Positions 41,050 to 54,929 are shown, counted from the stretch's first letter. The stretch is DNA of 64,000 nucleotides from Isurus oxyrinchus (GCA_026770705.1 JANJGN010000049.1:2914001-2978000), one strand, 5' to 3'. Numbers and translations are program-made. The notes: generated from the sequence alone by a model not told the origin.

Positions 41050-42200
41050 ATGGTAAATTACAAGCACAAACAATGATATGGGAATATGCTACAGGGGCAA
41101 TAATGCAAACCTGGCTGAAATATTCTGAGGACAGGAAACTTATTATTCCACTTTAAAAATGTTCTTAAAAGGCAGACGTCCAAAAACGAATGGTGCTAGC
41201 ATAACTGATTGGAGAAGACGCCGAGAATATTGAAAGAAAGGATATTATTAAAGTGGCAAGAATATAAAGCATCAGGTTAGAGTTCAGAAGCCAAACCGGT
41301 AGAATACCACTTCCTGGGGTTGCTTTATTGGTCTTAAGCAAATGCGAATGAGAGAGAGGTTGGAAGAGAGAGAGAGAGAGAGGATGTGAGAGGTCATAAA
41401 GGGGTGAATTCAAAAGAGGTAAGTTTTATATGGTGCATATCATAATGCAAGACCTATAAAGTGCTGATATTGACGAAACTTAAATACCCAAATGTCGTTT
41501 GCAATAATGTTAAAACAAAGGGTAAGGATGGGGGAGGATTTCTGCAATTTGTTCAGGGGAATATCCTTGACCAGCAAGTTCTCAGTCCAAATAGAAAGGA
41601 ACGTTGCTTGGCCTGGCACTGGGGAATCAAGTGGGTCAAGTGAGCCAAATAACGTTAGCAGGAACTTTTGAGTAAAAGCGACCATCTTGTAGCAAGGCAT
41701 AGATTATTAAGAGAGATGCACACAGGGCAATGAAGGCAGATTTTTAAAATTATCAGACAGCTAAATTCAATGTAAGAAGAGGAATCTAGAAAATTGAAAA
41801 CACATCCAAGGTTTAATGAGGAAACTCTAACGTAACAATAGGTGACATTTCAGGAAGAGACGTCTCAGCACAGGTTTGGCCCATTCCAACAAATGTTGAA
41901 AGCCAGGTCTCCAAATATGACGATGGAGATGGAGAATGAGATGGTGGAAAATAGAACCTGCAGGTGGCATGTGAGTGGAAATACTCAAGTGAAAGGCAGG
42001 CTAAATATAATAAGTCCAGTCATCAAGTAAAGAGAAAGTAAAACTGATAAAGAGAGAAATGAGAATAGAATGTGAGTGAACATAAAATAGAACTAAACAA
42101 AATGACTGTGCCAGCTGCCAAAGCCAGCGGGGCCGTTCAGGATGATCCATGATACATGTCTTTCCGTACATGAAAAGGCAACCAATGATGCCATTGGACG
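41050..42200 (+). mobile_element. Decayed CR1 endonuclease region
   Basis: FLQFVQGNILDQQVLSPNR resembles the CR1 FLxCxQxxFLxQxVxxPTR motif. Confidence 0.5.
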
Positions 42201-43379
42201 GAGACACAGTGCCAGTGAAATACGTTACTTAAAGAAAGAATTCTGGAGAGGGGAGTGGGGCAGGGCTTCTCGTTCATATACACAGCTCAGGCAAGATGTA
42301 CTGCTGCGTGATTTGTTTTCCATTTTCAAATTAAACAATTTGAGTTCAAAAGCTATAGTTGTTTTCAAATCTCTGAAATTTAATTTTATAGATTCCGCTA
42401 CACTTATGAAAAAAAGGTCCACGAGTTTGCATGTAACGGAGAAAAGTGAAATTGTTTGATTTCTGATCTTCCAGACATATCAATAAATGTAAAGTTTGAC
42501 TGGCAATGCCCAACAGCGTTTTAAAGCTACGGAGGAGACTGAACTTGATTTCCTTGTCACAAAAATAGTAACGTCAATGCAAAGATTTTGATCATCGATT
42601 GAAAAAATAGCTGCCTCCCCAGTTTTGACTGCTCTAATTGTTACATTTTCAAATTTTTCAGACTGTGCACACCGATCTTAGGAGCAGGAAAGGTCCTGAA
42701 GATCACTTTAAATGCCAGGGATGACAATGTGTGGAATGTGAGGCACAATGTGAGTTTTTCTTTAAACTGTTTTGGAGATGGGATATCGGCCGTTGTTTAC
42801 TTACAGGTCTGCATTGGCGCGAAATATCTTTCAAAATTGATGGCAAGATGGCTTCATTAACTCTTTCATTGGCATCCCTGCTCCTGGCTGCTGCATCTTT
42901 TGTCGTTCGCAATGATGTCACAGAGTAACTCAATGCAACGTTGCATGCACCACAATGACAGCAAACGCAGTTCCCCTCAACCCTCGAACACAACCCATAG
43001 CACTCGGCCTTTCCCTCAATAGATTTGAGCTTATCTGCTCTCTCCCCTGATACGTTCAAGCTCTGCAGCAAAGAAAGATTGTATTCCCTATGGCGCAGTA
43101 TTTGTTCAAATTTATAGATACCCTGGGATGGCCGAACATCATGGCATTCTTTTCCTCTGCAGTTGGATGAAAAGTAATGCAAAGCATTATGAATCACATT
43201 AGCTTGCTGGAGTTTCCGGATAGATGATATATTGCGAATTCGGTTCAGCTTTGGGCTCCACTCAACACTTACTTGGTCAGCCTGCACTCCATTGGCCTCT
43301 ATCTCTCCCGAGGTATCCGCACGCAGTTGTGTTTTTCGCTCAAAGCTGGGTGCTCAGTTCATCAGCCGTGTCCACCTGC

Positions 43380-46300
43380 ACACTGCTTATCACAGAATCA
43401 CCGAATTTTAACGGCACTGAAAAAATCCATTCAGTCCATTGTTTCTGCACCGGCTCTCCAGATTAGCATTAGGGCCTAGTGCCATTGTTCTGCCTTTGCC
43501 CTGGACCCCTGCATATTTTCTCTACTTAAATAGTCATCGAACGCCCTCTTAAATGCCCTGATTGAACCTGCTTCCACGACACTTCCAGGCACGGCATTCC
43601 AAACCTGAAATACTCGTTGTTTGATAAAGCTTTTCTCATGTCACATTTACTTATTTTGCTAATCACTTTAAATCTGTGCCCTCTCGTTATTGCTCAATTT
43701 GCGAACGGGAACAGCTTATTCCTGTCTACTTTGTCCGCCCCCCGCCACCCGCCCCCCTCATGAATTTGAAAACTTCTATCAAGCCTTCTTCTTCCCAAGG
43801 AGAACAATCTTTACCTCTCCAATCTGTCCTCACAGCTGAAGTTTCTCATCCCCGGACATTTTCCTGTAAACCTCTTCTGCAGTCTCTCCAATGCATTCAC
43901 ATCTTCCTTATAATGTCGCAGCCAGAACTGTACACATTATTCCAGCTGAGGTCTAACGAGTGTCTTCCTTAAACTCAGCATAATCCCCTTGCTTTTGTAC
44001 TAAATTCTCGTGTTAATAATACCCAGGTAACTTTGTACTTTATTAACTGCTCTCTCTACCTGTCCGGCCACCTTCAATGATCTATGTACAAAAACGCTGA
44101 GGTCGTTTTGCTCCCTGCACCTCCTTTATTTTATTTTGTCTGTCAATGTTCTTCCGACTGAACAGCATCACCTCATACCTCTCCACATTGGACTTCATCT
44201 GCCACTTGTCTGCCCACTCTACCAAATTGTCTATGACCTTTTGAAGATCTAGACTGTCCTCCTCGCAGTTTGCGACATTCCCACGCATCGTATCATCCAA
44301 CAACTATGAAATTCTCCCCTGCAACCAAGGTCGAGATCATTAATATATATTAGGAACAGCAAGGGTCCCAAATCTGACCACTACAAACCAACATCAGTCC
44401 AAAAAATATCCATTGACCATTATTCCCTGCTCCCTATTTTGCTACCAATTTGTATCCATGTCGCCACTGTGCCTTTTATTCAATGAGCAATGACGTTTCT
44501 CACAAGTCTGTTGTATGGCACAGTATCAAGTGCTTTTTTCAAATCCCATCTACAGCACATGAACAACATTACCCTCATTGACCTTTTCTGTAACCTCTAC
44601 AAAAAACTCCAGCAAGTTATTTAAACATGACTCTACCTTTACAAATCCATGTTGCCCTTCCTTGTCAACCCACATATTTCCATGTAACGACTAATTATAT
44701 CCCGAATAATTTTTTCTAGAATCTTGCCCACCACTAAGGTTAAAGTTACTGGTCTGTAATTCTTGGGCTTATCCTGACAACAGAATAAGGGCGCAATGTT
44801 TGCAATTCTCCAGTCCTCTGGCACATCCCCTGAGTTAAGGAAAGACTGAAAATTTATTGCCAGTGCCCCTACAATTTCTATTCTCCTTCGCTTCAATATC
44901 CTTCAATGTACCTTGTCCAGTTCCGTCTCTTGTCACCTTTAAGGACCGACAGTCTATTCGCTAATCAATTTTGAACCCTTCAAATGACAGAGTTTCTTCT
45001 TCAGCATGGCCTGGGTAGAAGCTACGTCCTTGGTAAAGATGGATGCAATGTAATCATTTAATAACTCAGTAATAGCCCCTTCATCGAAGTGTAAATTGTT
45101 TAAGTCCCTAATTAGTCAGACTGCTCACTTTACATCCCTTTTCTAATTCTTATGACTTTGTGATTCTCCTTTATGTTGGCTGCCAGTCTTTTTTAATAAT
45201 CCCACTTCGATTCTCTAATATGCTTTTCTCACCTCCCTCTGAACCATCTGCATCCATTTTAGTTCTCAATTATATTTTCTACCAGGCACCTGTCATAAGC
45301 ACAATTTTTATTCATTATCTTAACATCTATATCCTTTTTCACCCAGGGACTTCTGGTTTTGTTTTCTATACCTTTCCCTTTCGATAGAACATACCTTGAC
45401 TGTACACGAACCAATTCGTTTTTTTTAAGGTAAGCTATTATTCAGCTGCAGATCTCCCCGTCAATCTTTCATTCCCGTCTATTCAGCTCATCTCCGTTCA
45501 TGCTCCATCGAGGTTGGCTGTTGTGCCGTTAAATATTCTTACCCAACCAGTCGTTTCTACCATTTTCTTAAAATGTACAATGCAGTGATCACTGTCCCCA
45601 AAAGTTTCCACCAAAGATACTTGATCTATTTGGCCCACCTCACCTCCAGGCCCAGAATCAGGTCCAACAGTCCATATTGTACTTGATCAATTGGACACAA
45701 ATTGCTCTGGAAAATTTTCCTGAACACAATATAGGAACCTTTGCCCCTTTCTGCCCTTTAAACAACCACGGTCCCAATACTTACGCACAGGTAATTGAAG
45801 TCCCCTACAGTAACTGCTCTATAATGCTTGCATTTCCCCCCAATGTGCATGCAGATTTATTCTTCTACATCTTTCTCATTAGTTGGCGGTCCAAAGACCA
45901 CACTAAGCAATGTAATTGCACACTTTTCTTTCTTAGATCTTGCCAAATTGATTCAATCCTTGAACTCTCTGAGACATCCTCTTTCTATGGCACTTCAATG
46001 CCTACCTTAACCAATGCCACCACGCCTCCTCCTTTCTTTCCTTTCTTATCTTTTCTGAACACCTTGTACCAAAGAATATTTAACACCTAGTTCTGCCATT
46101 CCATGAGCCAGGTCTTTGTTATCGTCACAACATCATGTTTCCACATAGCAGTCTGCGCCTGTAACTCCTCAATCTTATTCACTATGCTCTGTGTATTCAA
46201 AAAAGCATAGTAATACTGACCTAAATATTATTACTTTCCCCCGCAACCCGATTCTACCTGTTAACTTTCTATTCTCTATTCTAGTGCTATCGTCCCCCTC

Positions 46301-46900
46301 CCAGTATTTTGTGCACTCTGGCTTTGTGTACCTCTCTAGTATCTTCTCTTGGTTCCCGCACCGTCCCAACAGCACTAGTGAAAAGCCCCGGATGGAACTC
46401 AGTCCCAGATCTGTACAGGTGTTACCTATCCAGCTTGTACAGATTCATCTCCCCGAGAGCCAAATCCAGTGTCCCAGCATTCGAGAGCCCTCCCTCTTGC
46501 ACCATCTTTCCAGTCACGTATTCATCCTATTTCTGTGCTCACTGGCACAAGCCCCTGGGAGTAATCCAGAGATTACTACATTTGAGGTCCTGTTTGCTAA
46601 TTTTCTACCGAGCTCCTGATTGCAGGACCACATCCTCTCTTCCTACCTAAGTCATTGGTAGCAATGTGGACCACGACCTCTTTCTGTTCACCAAGCCCCC
46701 TACACCCGACCCCCACGCCGAAGAATATTTTGCAGCCACTCTGTGATATCCTTGACCCTAGCATCAGGGCGGTAACATGCCACCCTAGAGTCATATCTCC
46801 TTCTACTTCCTCTGACCCTTTAGTCAAAGGCCACGAAATCCCATGTGTCTTCATGAGCAGGAACAGACAAGGACTTGTCAATGGACAAGCTGTTTACTAA
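43380..46900 (-). mobile_element. Long CR1 LINE (ORF1 esterase remnant, ORF2 EN/RT, 3' end), degenerate
   Basis: EVVVHIATNDLG (SGNH-esterase ORF1 motif); VPEDWRIANIAPLF..NYRPVTLT.VVGKILE; WADKWQM. Confidence 0.88.
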
Positions 46901-47052
46901 CAGACTTACACATTTGATTCTCTGCTAACCAGCAGCCTGTCTTAAAAATCATTAATAAACCAGCATGAAGAAGCAAAGAGCATGTCAACTCCCTTCGCTC
47001 ACATACTGGAGGGATAACGTCGGTCAATTGGTTAACCTAGTTAGTTCCAAGT

Positions 47053-47110
47053 TATTGTAGTGGTTAGCACCTACACCAGTTAAGGTGGAGACCCGAGTTC
47101 AAATCTCCCA
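47053..47110 (+). mobile_element. tRNA-derived SINE head / tRNA-like fragment
   Basis: A-box-like gtagtggttagc and B-box-like gagttcaaatc; no complete cloverleaf. Confidence 0.45.
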
Positions 47111-47199
47111 GTACTGAATCGTTACTGCCTTAATGCCTTAGGATCGAAATTGGGTAGCTTTGATATGCTGAATGTCCAACAATGTATGCTATTTGGAGT

Positions 47200-47362
47200 A
47201 ACTCGCATTCGTAGTGAATGGAACCATGATGAACAGAATTTCCACACACACAGGATGTGACGCTGCTGCGCTTGGCGAGTTAATGCTGAATTCGCACATG
47301 CTGAACATGATGAATGGGCACCGAATGTAACTGTGCTGAACTGGAGACGGAATGTAATCAGG
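47200..47362 (+). repeat. Remnant of ~35-bp minisatellite upstream of copy 4
   Basis: ccgaatgtaactgtgctgaactggag (~47321) closely matches the 34.7 kb unit. Confidence 0.65.
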
Positions 47363-47593
47363 AAGAAATCGGCCTGTCACTAGTGCAATTGGCTGATATG
47401 GCCAAAATGCATGCCTACCTATTTTTGTTTTAATGCGGACATTTACCTGTGATCACCTTGTACATTTCAATTTAGATCTGTGTCAGATTCCATGAAAAAC
47501 ATTCCATCCAACTGCAATAAAACAAACACCAGTCCCAGCAGCAGATTCACTAATTTGTTTCTTACAAAATTAATTAAAGTTATTGCAAACCAG

Positions 47594-47626
47594 CTAATTA
47601 TCTCCCTGGTGCCATCAGGTATAAAT
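47594..47626 (+). promoter_or_regulatory. Proximal promoter of copy 4: homeodomain + O/E-like + TATA
   Basis: TAATTA 47595-47600, TCCCTGGTG 47603-47611, TATAAAT 47620-47626. Confidence 0.55.
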
Positions 47627-47675
47627 TTGTCAATTTTTGGTGCAGTGCTGAACGCGCTCAGACCTTCTCATTGAA

Positions 47676-50600
47676 ATGCATGGATTACCAAAAGGCCTGC
47701 TCTTTGCCATTTACTGTCCCGCCATTGCAGCTATCGGGGTTCCAGGTAAAGCTAGTAAGTAGCTGCATGAATTATTGGTGAGCTATATCAGTGCTCCCAT
47801 TTTAGCAGTAGCGCATCTCCATGTAACCGATGTTGTTTTCCAATCTAATGGAATATATTTTCTGTTTTCTTTTCAATTAACTGCCTTAATTTCTCTTCCG
47901 CTATCATTCTTCCACTTTAATGGTATTATCTCTCCATTTGACACAATATTTTCTTCAATTTACCTGCATAATTCCGCAGTATTAATGCTATAATTCCTCC
48001 CCTTCAACAGTCTTACTTAATCCTTTTACCAGCGAAGTATATTTACATTACCTGCATATTTTCAACCCTTTAACTGATTTTCTCGTGTTAAGCATCATTT
48101 TATCACATGAATTGAATAATTTGTCCCAGTTATCACGCCATTTCGAGATGAGTACAATTGGATTGCTCTTTTGGACGTTACTGTGTTTAAATTAATACAA
48201 TATTATCATGATATGAAGGCAATTCTATTGCATGTTTGACAATGCTATTGTGGGGGGATTGCCATTAAGTTATTCTGGTGCAAAGAGTGTTCAATTGTGA
48301 CATTGGTACTGTTCCTGTGGCTACATTTTCAAACCGTGATAACAGTGTAATTGGAGTTCTAATGTGCCATTGTCTGTGACAGAGAGAGGAGTATTACAGT
48401 ATCATCCCTGTGAACACGTAGATCAACTGAGCTACAGACATTGTGTTTGTGAGTGAATTAAGTCGCCGTTTTCACTGTGTGATTGCAACTCAGTTGTATT
48501 GTTGCCACTGTTACTGTGGGCGAATTATGATAGCGTGGTCACTGTGAGTGTAGATCTATTGACTTCGATAATGGGGGGATAATTCCCACATGTACTTCAT
48601 TGATTGAGGTGTGAACACTTTCTGACTGGGTGGTCTTGTGGTGTAGCGGGTAGCGTCTCTGCCTGTGAAGCAGATATTCTGGATTCAAGCCAGGGCCTGA
48701 TGATCTCGGGAGGTGCGGACATAAATGGCTAAATAGGTTGAAAATTAAGCTGCAACTCCTTCCAACACATAGATGACAGCCGCTAAGCCCAGTAGAGGCT
48801 CCTGGTCAGCCAGAAGATGTGGCAGTTGTGGCGCAAGAACCTCCTGACGTTAAAAGGCTGCGCATTCACCTTCTTCCCACGGGATGTACTTCATCGCCAT
48901 CGCCCTCATCGCTTCAACGGGCAATCACTCAACAAATTCCTGAATGATTTCATTGAAAGGAAGCTATTGGGCAGTGAAATGCTCAAAGATGTATAAGTAA
49001 AGTAAAGAATTGTCCATGGATGACTAATTGGCATATGTCTCTCACTCACAGAGCATGGTGTTTCTGCACTCAGTCTACCCCACTCACTTCTTCATCCGGC
49101 TCTCCTCTTCCTCATGCACTATTGCTGTTTGTTCTAAGTTGATGACTGCTGCAGTGGGATTCCCTTCTGTTCCTAGCACGCGGCAATGTCTCGGAATTTC
49201 TCAGCATTAATTGAGGACCCGTAAGTGGCTGTACCCTCTCGGAAAATATATAATATTTTTATTCCAAATATTCGTCCTTGGCTGCACATGGCTGTTATAC
49301 GGACTGTGGAGTGCAGGACGGGGGAAGTGTTGCATCGTGGAAGATTATTTCTCTAAAGGAGACCACGTCAACTGCCAATGGTTCTATTAGTTGAGATCGA
49401 CACCCAAAATTATCAGGTGATTATCAGGTGAAGAGTTCCAACATACTCTGCATCCTGCATAAAATGTCCACCGCATAGTCGGAAGTGCTAATGTTCCAAA
49501 CGCTTCATTCTGTTTGAGAGTATGTTTTACACTGTTCATTACAGACATTTTAAACAGTGAATAAGTTCACAGAATTTCATTTGTAGGACCAACTTCTGAT
49601 CCTCAGTGAGACATAATCCGTGTTCTTGTTAGATTTCACACTTGTTGGATGCTTTATTTGTCTACTTCAATAGTTTCTATAGCTCTTCGATGATGGGTTT
49701 TCATTTTTGTGTGTTCCATTATTCTGTGTTATAGACAAGTTTTGATTTCCTTTTCATTCTCTGTTAAGTTTCATGAGAATATATTTTATTCGCAAACCAT
49801 TGGCTCAATTTCTTTTGAAACAGAATCATTATTTCAAACCCAAAATAACCGCCCATAGAATGAAAGATAATTTCCAACTGAGTATCAAGTCTCGAAGCTA
49901 TACGTTTCACACACAACTGTAAAAAGAATGATTTTGTTTGAAGACAAGCAAGGCATTTTCCTGTTCTCAACCTAACTCACACACATTGTCTCTGTCTCTC
50001 TCTCTCTCCCTTTCTCTATTGCAGCTAATTTGGCAGTGATCATGATCCTGCCTCGAAGAAGATGCGGCCTCTCTGGATGTATCACTTATGACGTGGTGTC
50101 CGTGGTGATGGATCTCCTGGTCATAGTTACAGCTGTAATATTGAACCGAATTGCTGGGATTTATTTCCCATTCAGCTTCCTCTCTGTCACACCAATGTGC
50201 AGTCTCCTTTCTGCACTAACTTTTGAAGCTATAGACAGTTCTGCCTGCTTAACAGTTGCTTTCACCTTTGATCGATTTGTGGTCATTTGTTGCAGGGAGC
50301 TGACACGAAAATATTGCACCGAGAGGATGGAAGCATGAGTAAAAGGAATCGTATCCGCACTGAGCTGTGTAAAAAATGCTTTCTTGTATTTTATATAACA
50401 ACCGAGATACACAATTAAAAATATACCCTGGTTCTGCACTGTAAAAATAATATTTTACAAGTCGCCAGCATGCGCCACATATGACTGGATTTGTTTCATT
50501 GTAACCCTTTTTCTCCCATTCATTCTGATCTTATTCCTAATGCTCTGACTGCCAGGTACATTCTAGCGGCCAATAGTGCCCGCAGGAGACTCTGTATCCA

Positions 50601-50935
50601 GAGTATTGGACAGAATCAGAGTGACCCAGAGATGGAGAAGCGGACAAAGTCCATACTTTTACTTTTTGCCATCTCGGGAAGTTTCATTCTTTTATATTTG
50701 CTCTTTTTTGCAACTATCCTCTATGTCCGAATTGCGAAAGTAATCTATTTCTCAGGATTCACTTCTACTCAAGGAACATTTACTCTTGAGGAAAAAAAGA
50801 TTTATGCTTTAGTTATTGTCCTCCGGTATCAACCCGTTTATTTATTCAGGGACCCAGAGTAAATTCAGGGCCGAGTTAAAGAATGGGCTGAAATACCCAC
50901 TGAACATTTTGATTAAATTATTTAAAATTGGATAG
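47676..50935 (+). pseudogene. GPR139-like class A GPCR pseudogene (copy 4); exon 1 47676..47745, exon 2 50025..50935
   Basis: Exon 1 MHGLPKGLLFAIYCPAIAAIGVP+G|gtaaag; acceptor ttgcag|CTAAT. DRF and INPFIY are present. Stops at 50336-38 and 50396-98; frameshifts at ~50535 and ~50795. Confidence 0.9.
48630..48820 (+). mobile_element. tRNA-derived SINE in intron of copy 4
   Basis: A box tggtgtagcgg, B box ggattcaagcc. Confidence 0.55.
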
Positions 50936-51174
50936 TAGGTAAATTCTGCTGAACTGTACGTTATTTCCCAATACTTCATCTCCTACTCTGTGCCACGTAA
51001 GACCACGCATCCAAGATCCTCTCGGTTTCAAATCCATTCCCAATGTGTCAATATAAAAATGAATAAGGAAAACAGCATCACTGCAGGATTAAGTGAGAAA
51101 AATCATCACAATTAGTTTCCTGTTCTCTTACCGGTACTTACTCAGGCCTGGTGCATCCCAGCAGCCTCGATGGC

Positions 51175-51445
51175 ATCTTCCATCCATCCCTCCATCCATC
51201 CGTCTTTCGATCCTTCCTTCCTTCCTTCCTTCTGTCAATCAGTGCATCCCTCTATTCGACTATCTATCTATCCATCTATCTATGTATCTATCTATCTATC
51301 TATATATATATATTTAGTTATCCATCTAACTCTCTATATGCCTATCTCTCTATCTATCAATCTCTCTATCTATTTGTCCATCTATCTGTCTATCAGTCTG
51401 TCTGCATGCCCATTTGTCTGCTCATCCATTAGCTAATCTATATAC
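51175..51445 (+). repeat. Compound tetranucleotide microsatellite (CATC/CTTC/TCTA)
   Basis: Directly visible. Confidence 0.9.
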
Positions 51446-54400
51446 CTGCATGCCTCATTGTCTCTCTGTCTTTCTGCATGCCTCTGTGTTTGTTTGCTTT
51501 TTTGTCTTTATTGTGTTATTTATTTATTTTTCATGAGATTTGAGCATTCCTGTCGAGGGCACCACTCCGTTCCCATCTCTGATTTTCCCTATCATGCCAG
51601 TGTTCTGTCTGTGCTTTTCACCTTCATTGTCTCTTCTATTGTTCACGAATAGGAATGCACAGCCTCTTCTATTCGTTCCAGACTTCCGCTGCAGCACCTG
51701 CATCTGTGGCCTTGCTGATGACTCCAGAGACACGTCATCAGTCTGAAGCTGAGCTGAACTCAACAGCCTTCCGAGTGTGAGTGGCCTCAACTGTCAAAGC
51801 CCCTCTCAGTGCTTTAATGAGTCTGCCGTTTCTTCTCGGAATTGCGACCCTGCTACTGCAGTCATTCCACCAACCACCAAACTGAGAGTACCTGCTCTGC
51901 TGCATGGCGGTGGGGTGATGTGACGTGAACCCTGTGAGATCTCTTTTTCTTCCTCAGTGTTGGAGGAATGTTTCCCAGTCAACACAGTCTGGCTGCTCTC
52001 TTTCATGCTCTCCAAGATAAAGAAGAGAGATGAGAGAACAGCATTTCCATCTGACTACTCATCATTTGGAGCTCTGTCTGACCAGTCGAGCACATGTGGG
52101 CATGAAGTATTGTGCTCCATCCTTTGGGCATTCATTACTCAGGGGTTTCACACCCGCCACCACCATGAGTGAATATCCACCCTGCTTCCAGCTCCAGAAC
52201 CTCTCTCTCCCCGCTTTGTGGGTGGCCATGCCTGGCACACCACATTCAGTTCTTGCCGTGTCCTATATGTTTTGAGCTACCTTTTCCTGCAGGCATGTAG
52301 CCTCCCATTCGTGATCGCCCATCAAAAACTGATTAAATGATCAAAATGGTGGATATGTAACATCCTATCATGGTACCAATGGCGTGGCTCCTGCATTTCC
52401 ATATTCAGCGCAGAGCAAGAATCACCAATGCCTCATTGGTTGTTTTCACAGAGAGGCTTACAGTCCTCCGGCAGCCAATGTTGATATCTGGGAATCCTTT
52501 GAATGGGCAGCCCCTTCATTGTTCCTCGGATTTATGGTTGAAGTTTTATTACTATTCAATTGCCTTGACAGCAAGCTTCGGCCCATCGATACTCTTTCAT
52601 CATTGCAGCCACGTAAGTACATGGGATCATCAGAAAGCTTCTCAAGTCCTCCGCTATCGCCACGGTGCTCAGTTTGGCGAAGCAATCTCCTCCAGCTGCC
52701 CCCCGGGTTAACAGAACATTCCTCTGGGTCTAATGGCCTGATAGAGAACGACCAGGGGCGCATCATTGAGCCTATGACGCAATCCTTCCCCTGCCATCTT
52801 CTATAACGCTACCAGTTGTGTTTCTTCCGATGCTGCTGCCTTTGAAAGTCCTGCTGGCTGCACTTAAACATGGAGCGAGCCTTGTGTTCGACGGTACTTC
52901 CAGCCACAAACGAGGCTTAACTGCCCGAGTCCCCCACATTGCAAGTGTTAATTAAATGGCCTGAGAAGATCACGTTCCCACTTCTACACCTGTGCCTCCC
53001 CTTTGTGGCCACTGACAAAACCCTGGCCATCACAACATGAAGCACCTTTTCTCAGCAGGGGACTGGGTGATTGTGATTTCGATCAAATTTCGCTTTTGCT
53101 TTCGTGCCCCTCATCCAACACTATCAGACAAAGAGAATATTTCTAGAAATGAAAAATCAGATTCCATGTTTAAATATAATTCTGAAATTTTTACCTGCGA
53201 CTTTCTGAATCTGTATTTCTCTTTTAACTCTGTGATTAGATTACAATGCGTTTCAATAACGTGAAAATACTCCCCTTGGTGTCAGGCGCATGCTGAGTTA
53301 AATGGCTTTCTATTTTAATTTCCAAAAATCTAATCGAGTCTCTTGCATGCATTACAAGGTATAAAATGTGCCACTCGCCAACACTATCGAATGCCACTGT
53401 TCAAGTTATCCTTTGTATGTGGAGATGAATCTTGGAAAAGCAATACAGTGTGTCCAGAGGACAGACTGGTGAATTAGAAATTTCGGTTTAACGCCCGCGG
53501 GGAAAATGTCCAATCGCACTGGTAATGCTTCAGACAAGGTTAGGTTATACATCTTGTGATAGTTTCAGGTCGCTGCCCGATCTGAGGCTCCATTGGTGAG
53601 TTCCTACCTAGCGAGGTCATCCCCTGGTCAGTCTGCGGAAAGGAATTCACCCAGTCCCCTAAACTTCTGAGACACGAACTGTTCCTTTCAGGAGATTGTT
53701 TTTGCGATTGTATGACTTCTTAAAGAGCTACTTGAGTTGTTTGTAGAACATAAAGAGAATGTACAACATTCTAGTATTTGTTAGCTGAAGACAGTTTAGA
53801 GACCCGACCCTTTGGGACACACTTTTTGGGAACACTAAACGAGTGAAATTGCAATTGAGCAGCATCTGAGAACTCAAGAAACCATAACAACTGCTGCATC
53901 TACATCAGGCAAAGAGATGATGCAGAAAGAAAGATTCCATACTTGTAAATAATTCCTGAGGCTTCTTTAGGCACCTGTCGATTCTGCATTTTTTCTATAA
54001 CTCCATTACAGCAGTGACAACACTTCAAAAGTACTTACTTGGCTGTTCAGCAATTTGAATTTCTGAGTTAATGAACGGCGCTATGTAAATGTAATTTTTG
54101 TTTTCTATCAGTCACTATAAATAAACAAATGGATGGAATTATGAAATCTAGCTACACCTTCCAGTCTCTGGCTGTCTGTGTCTCAGTGGGTGTATTTGTG
54201 TATTAGCTGTCTGCACCTCTCTCTCCCTTTCGGCAGATCACTGTCATTCTGTCTGTGTCCCTAACTCTGTTTTTCCCACTCGCTTTTCTTCTCTTTCCTT
54301 GATGTCCCCAAGTGATGCAAACTCTCCCTTTGCTATTAGTCATTTAACAAAGGATTGTTTCCAGCTCGATTTGTGCTCTGACGCTTCTGTAAGAAAACCA

Positions 54401-54929
54401 TAATGGTGCAATAGGTTAGTTCAGCTTTAATACACTGATGAAGAACTATATCTATTACTGGTGATTCTGTCTTCAGCTCGCTGATGAACAAGGAATTATT
54501 TTGACGTGTAAAATTGCATTTATATTTCTTGTGTAAATTTTACAGAACGAAACAGATGGTTAAATATGCAAGAGGACTATGTGTCTGTGGTTTTTACCTC
54601 AGTGAACTCCGTTAAACACTAAAACTTAAGCAAAAGATTTGGCAAATTTATTGCAGGCGGGTGGGCTAACGGGAGTATGGACATTAAGCTGCTTTTATGT
54701 AGGGTCTTGTTAACAATGTATTTGCGGTACTCCATTCAGCTTTGTTCTCCTTACCTAGGGAGGGATATAATTACCATAAGTTGCTGCAACTGGGTACACT
54801 GAAGTCAGTAAAAGGCACAGAGGGCAATCCGGCCATCCGGACTATGCTGGGCGTACGCAGAGCAATTCCATCAGTTTAATCTCCCCATTCTATCCCGTAA
54901 CCCTGTAATTTGTTTCTTCCTTAAGTGTC

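Noticed and set aside
42703-43287. 194-aa minus-strand ORF
   Set aside because: No recognisable motifs or splice context; overlaps decayed LINE tail sequence.
47053-47110. Possible tRNA gene
   Set aside because: A/B boxes only, with no convincing acceptor stem; more likely a SINE head.
51600-52950. Possible Harbinger transposon remnant (also 33150-33950)
   Set aside because: Only vague motif impressions; no terminal inverted repeats or clear transposase motif could be verified.
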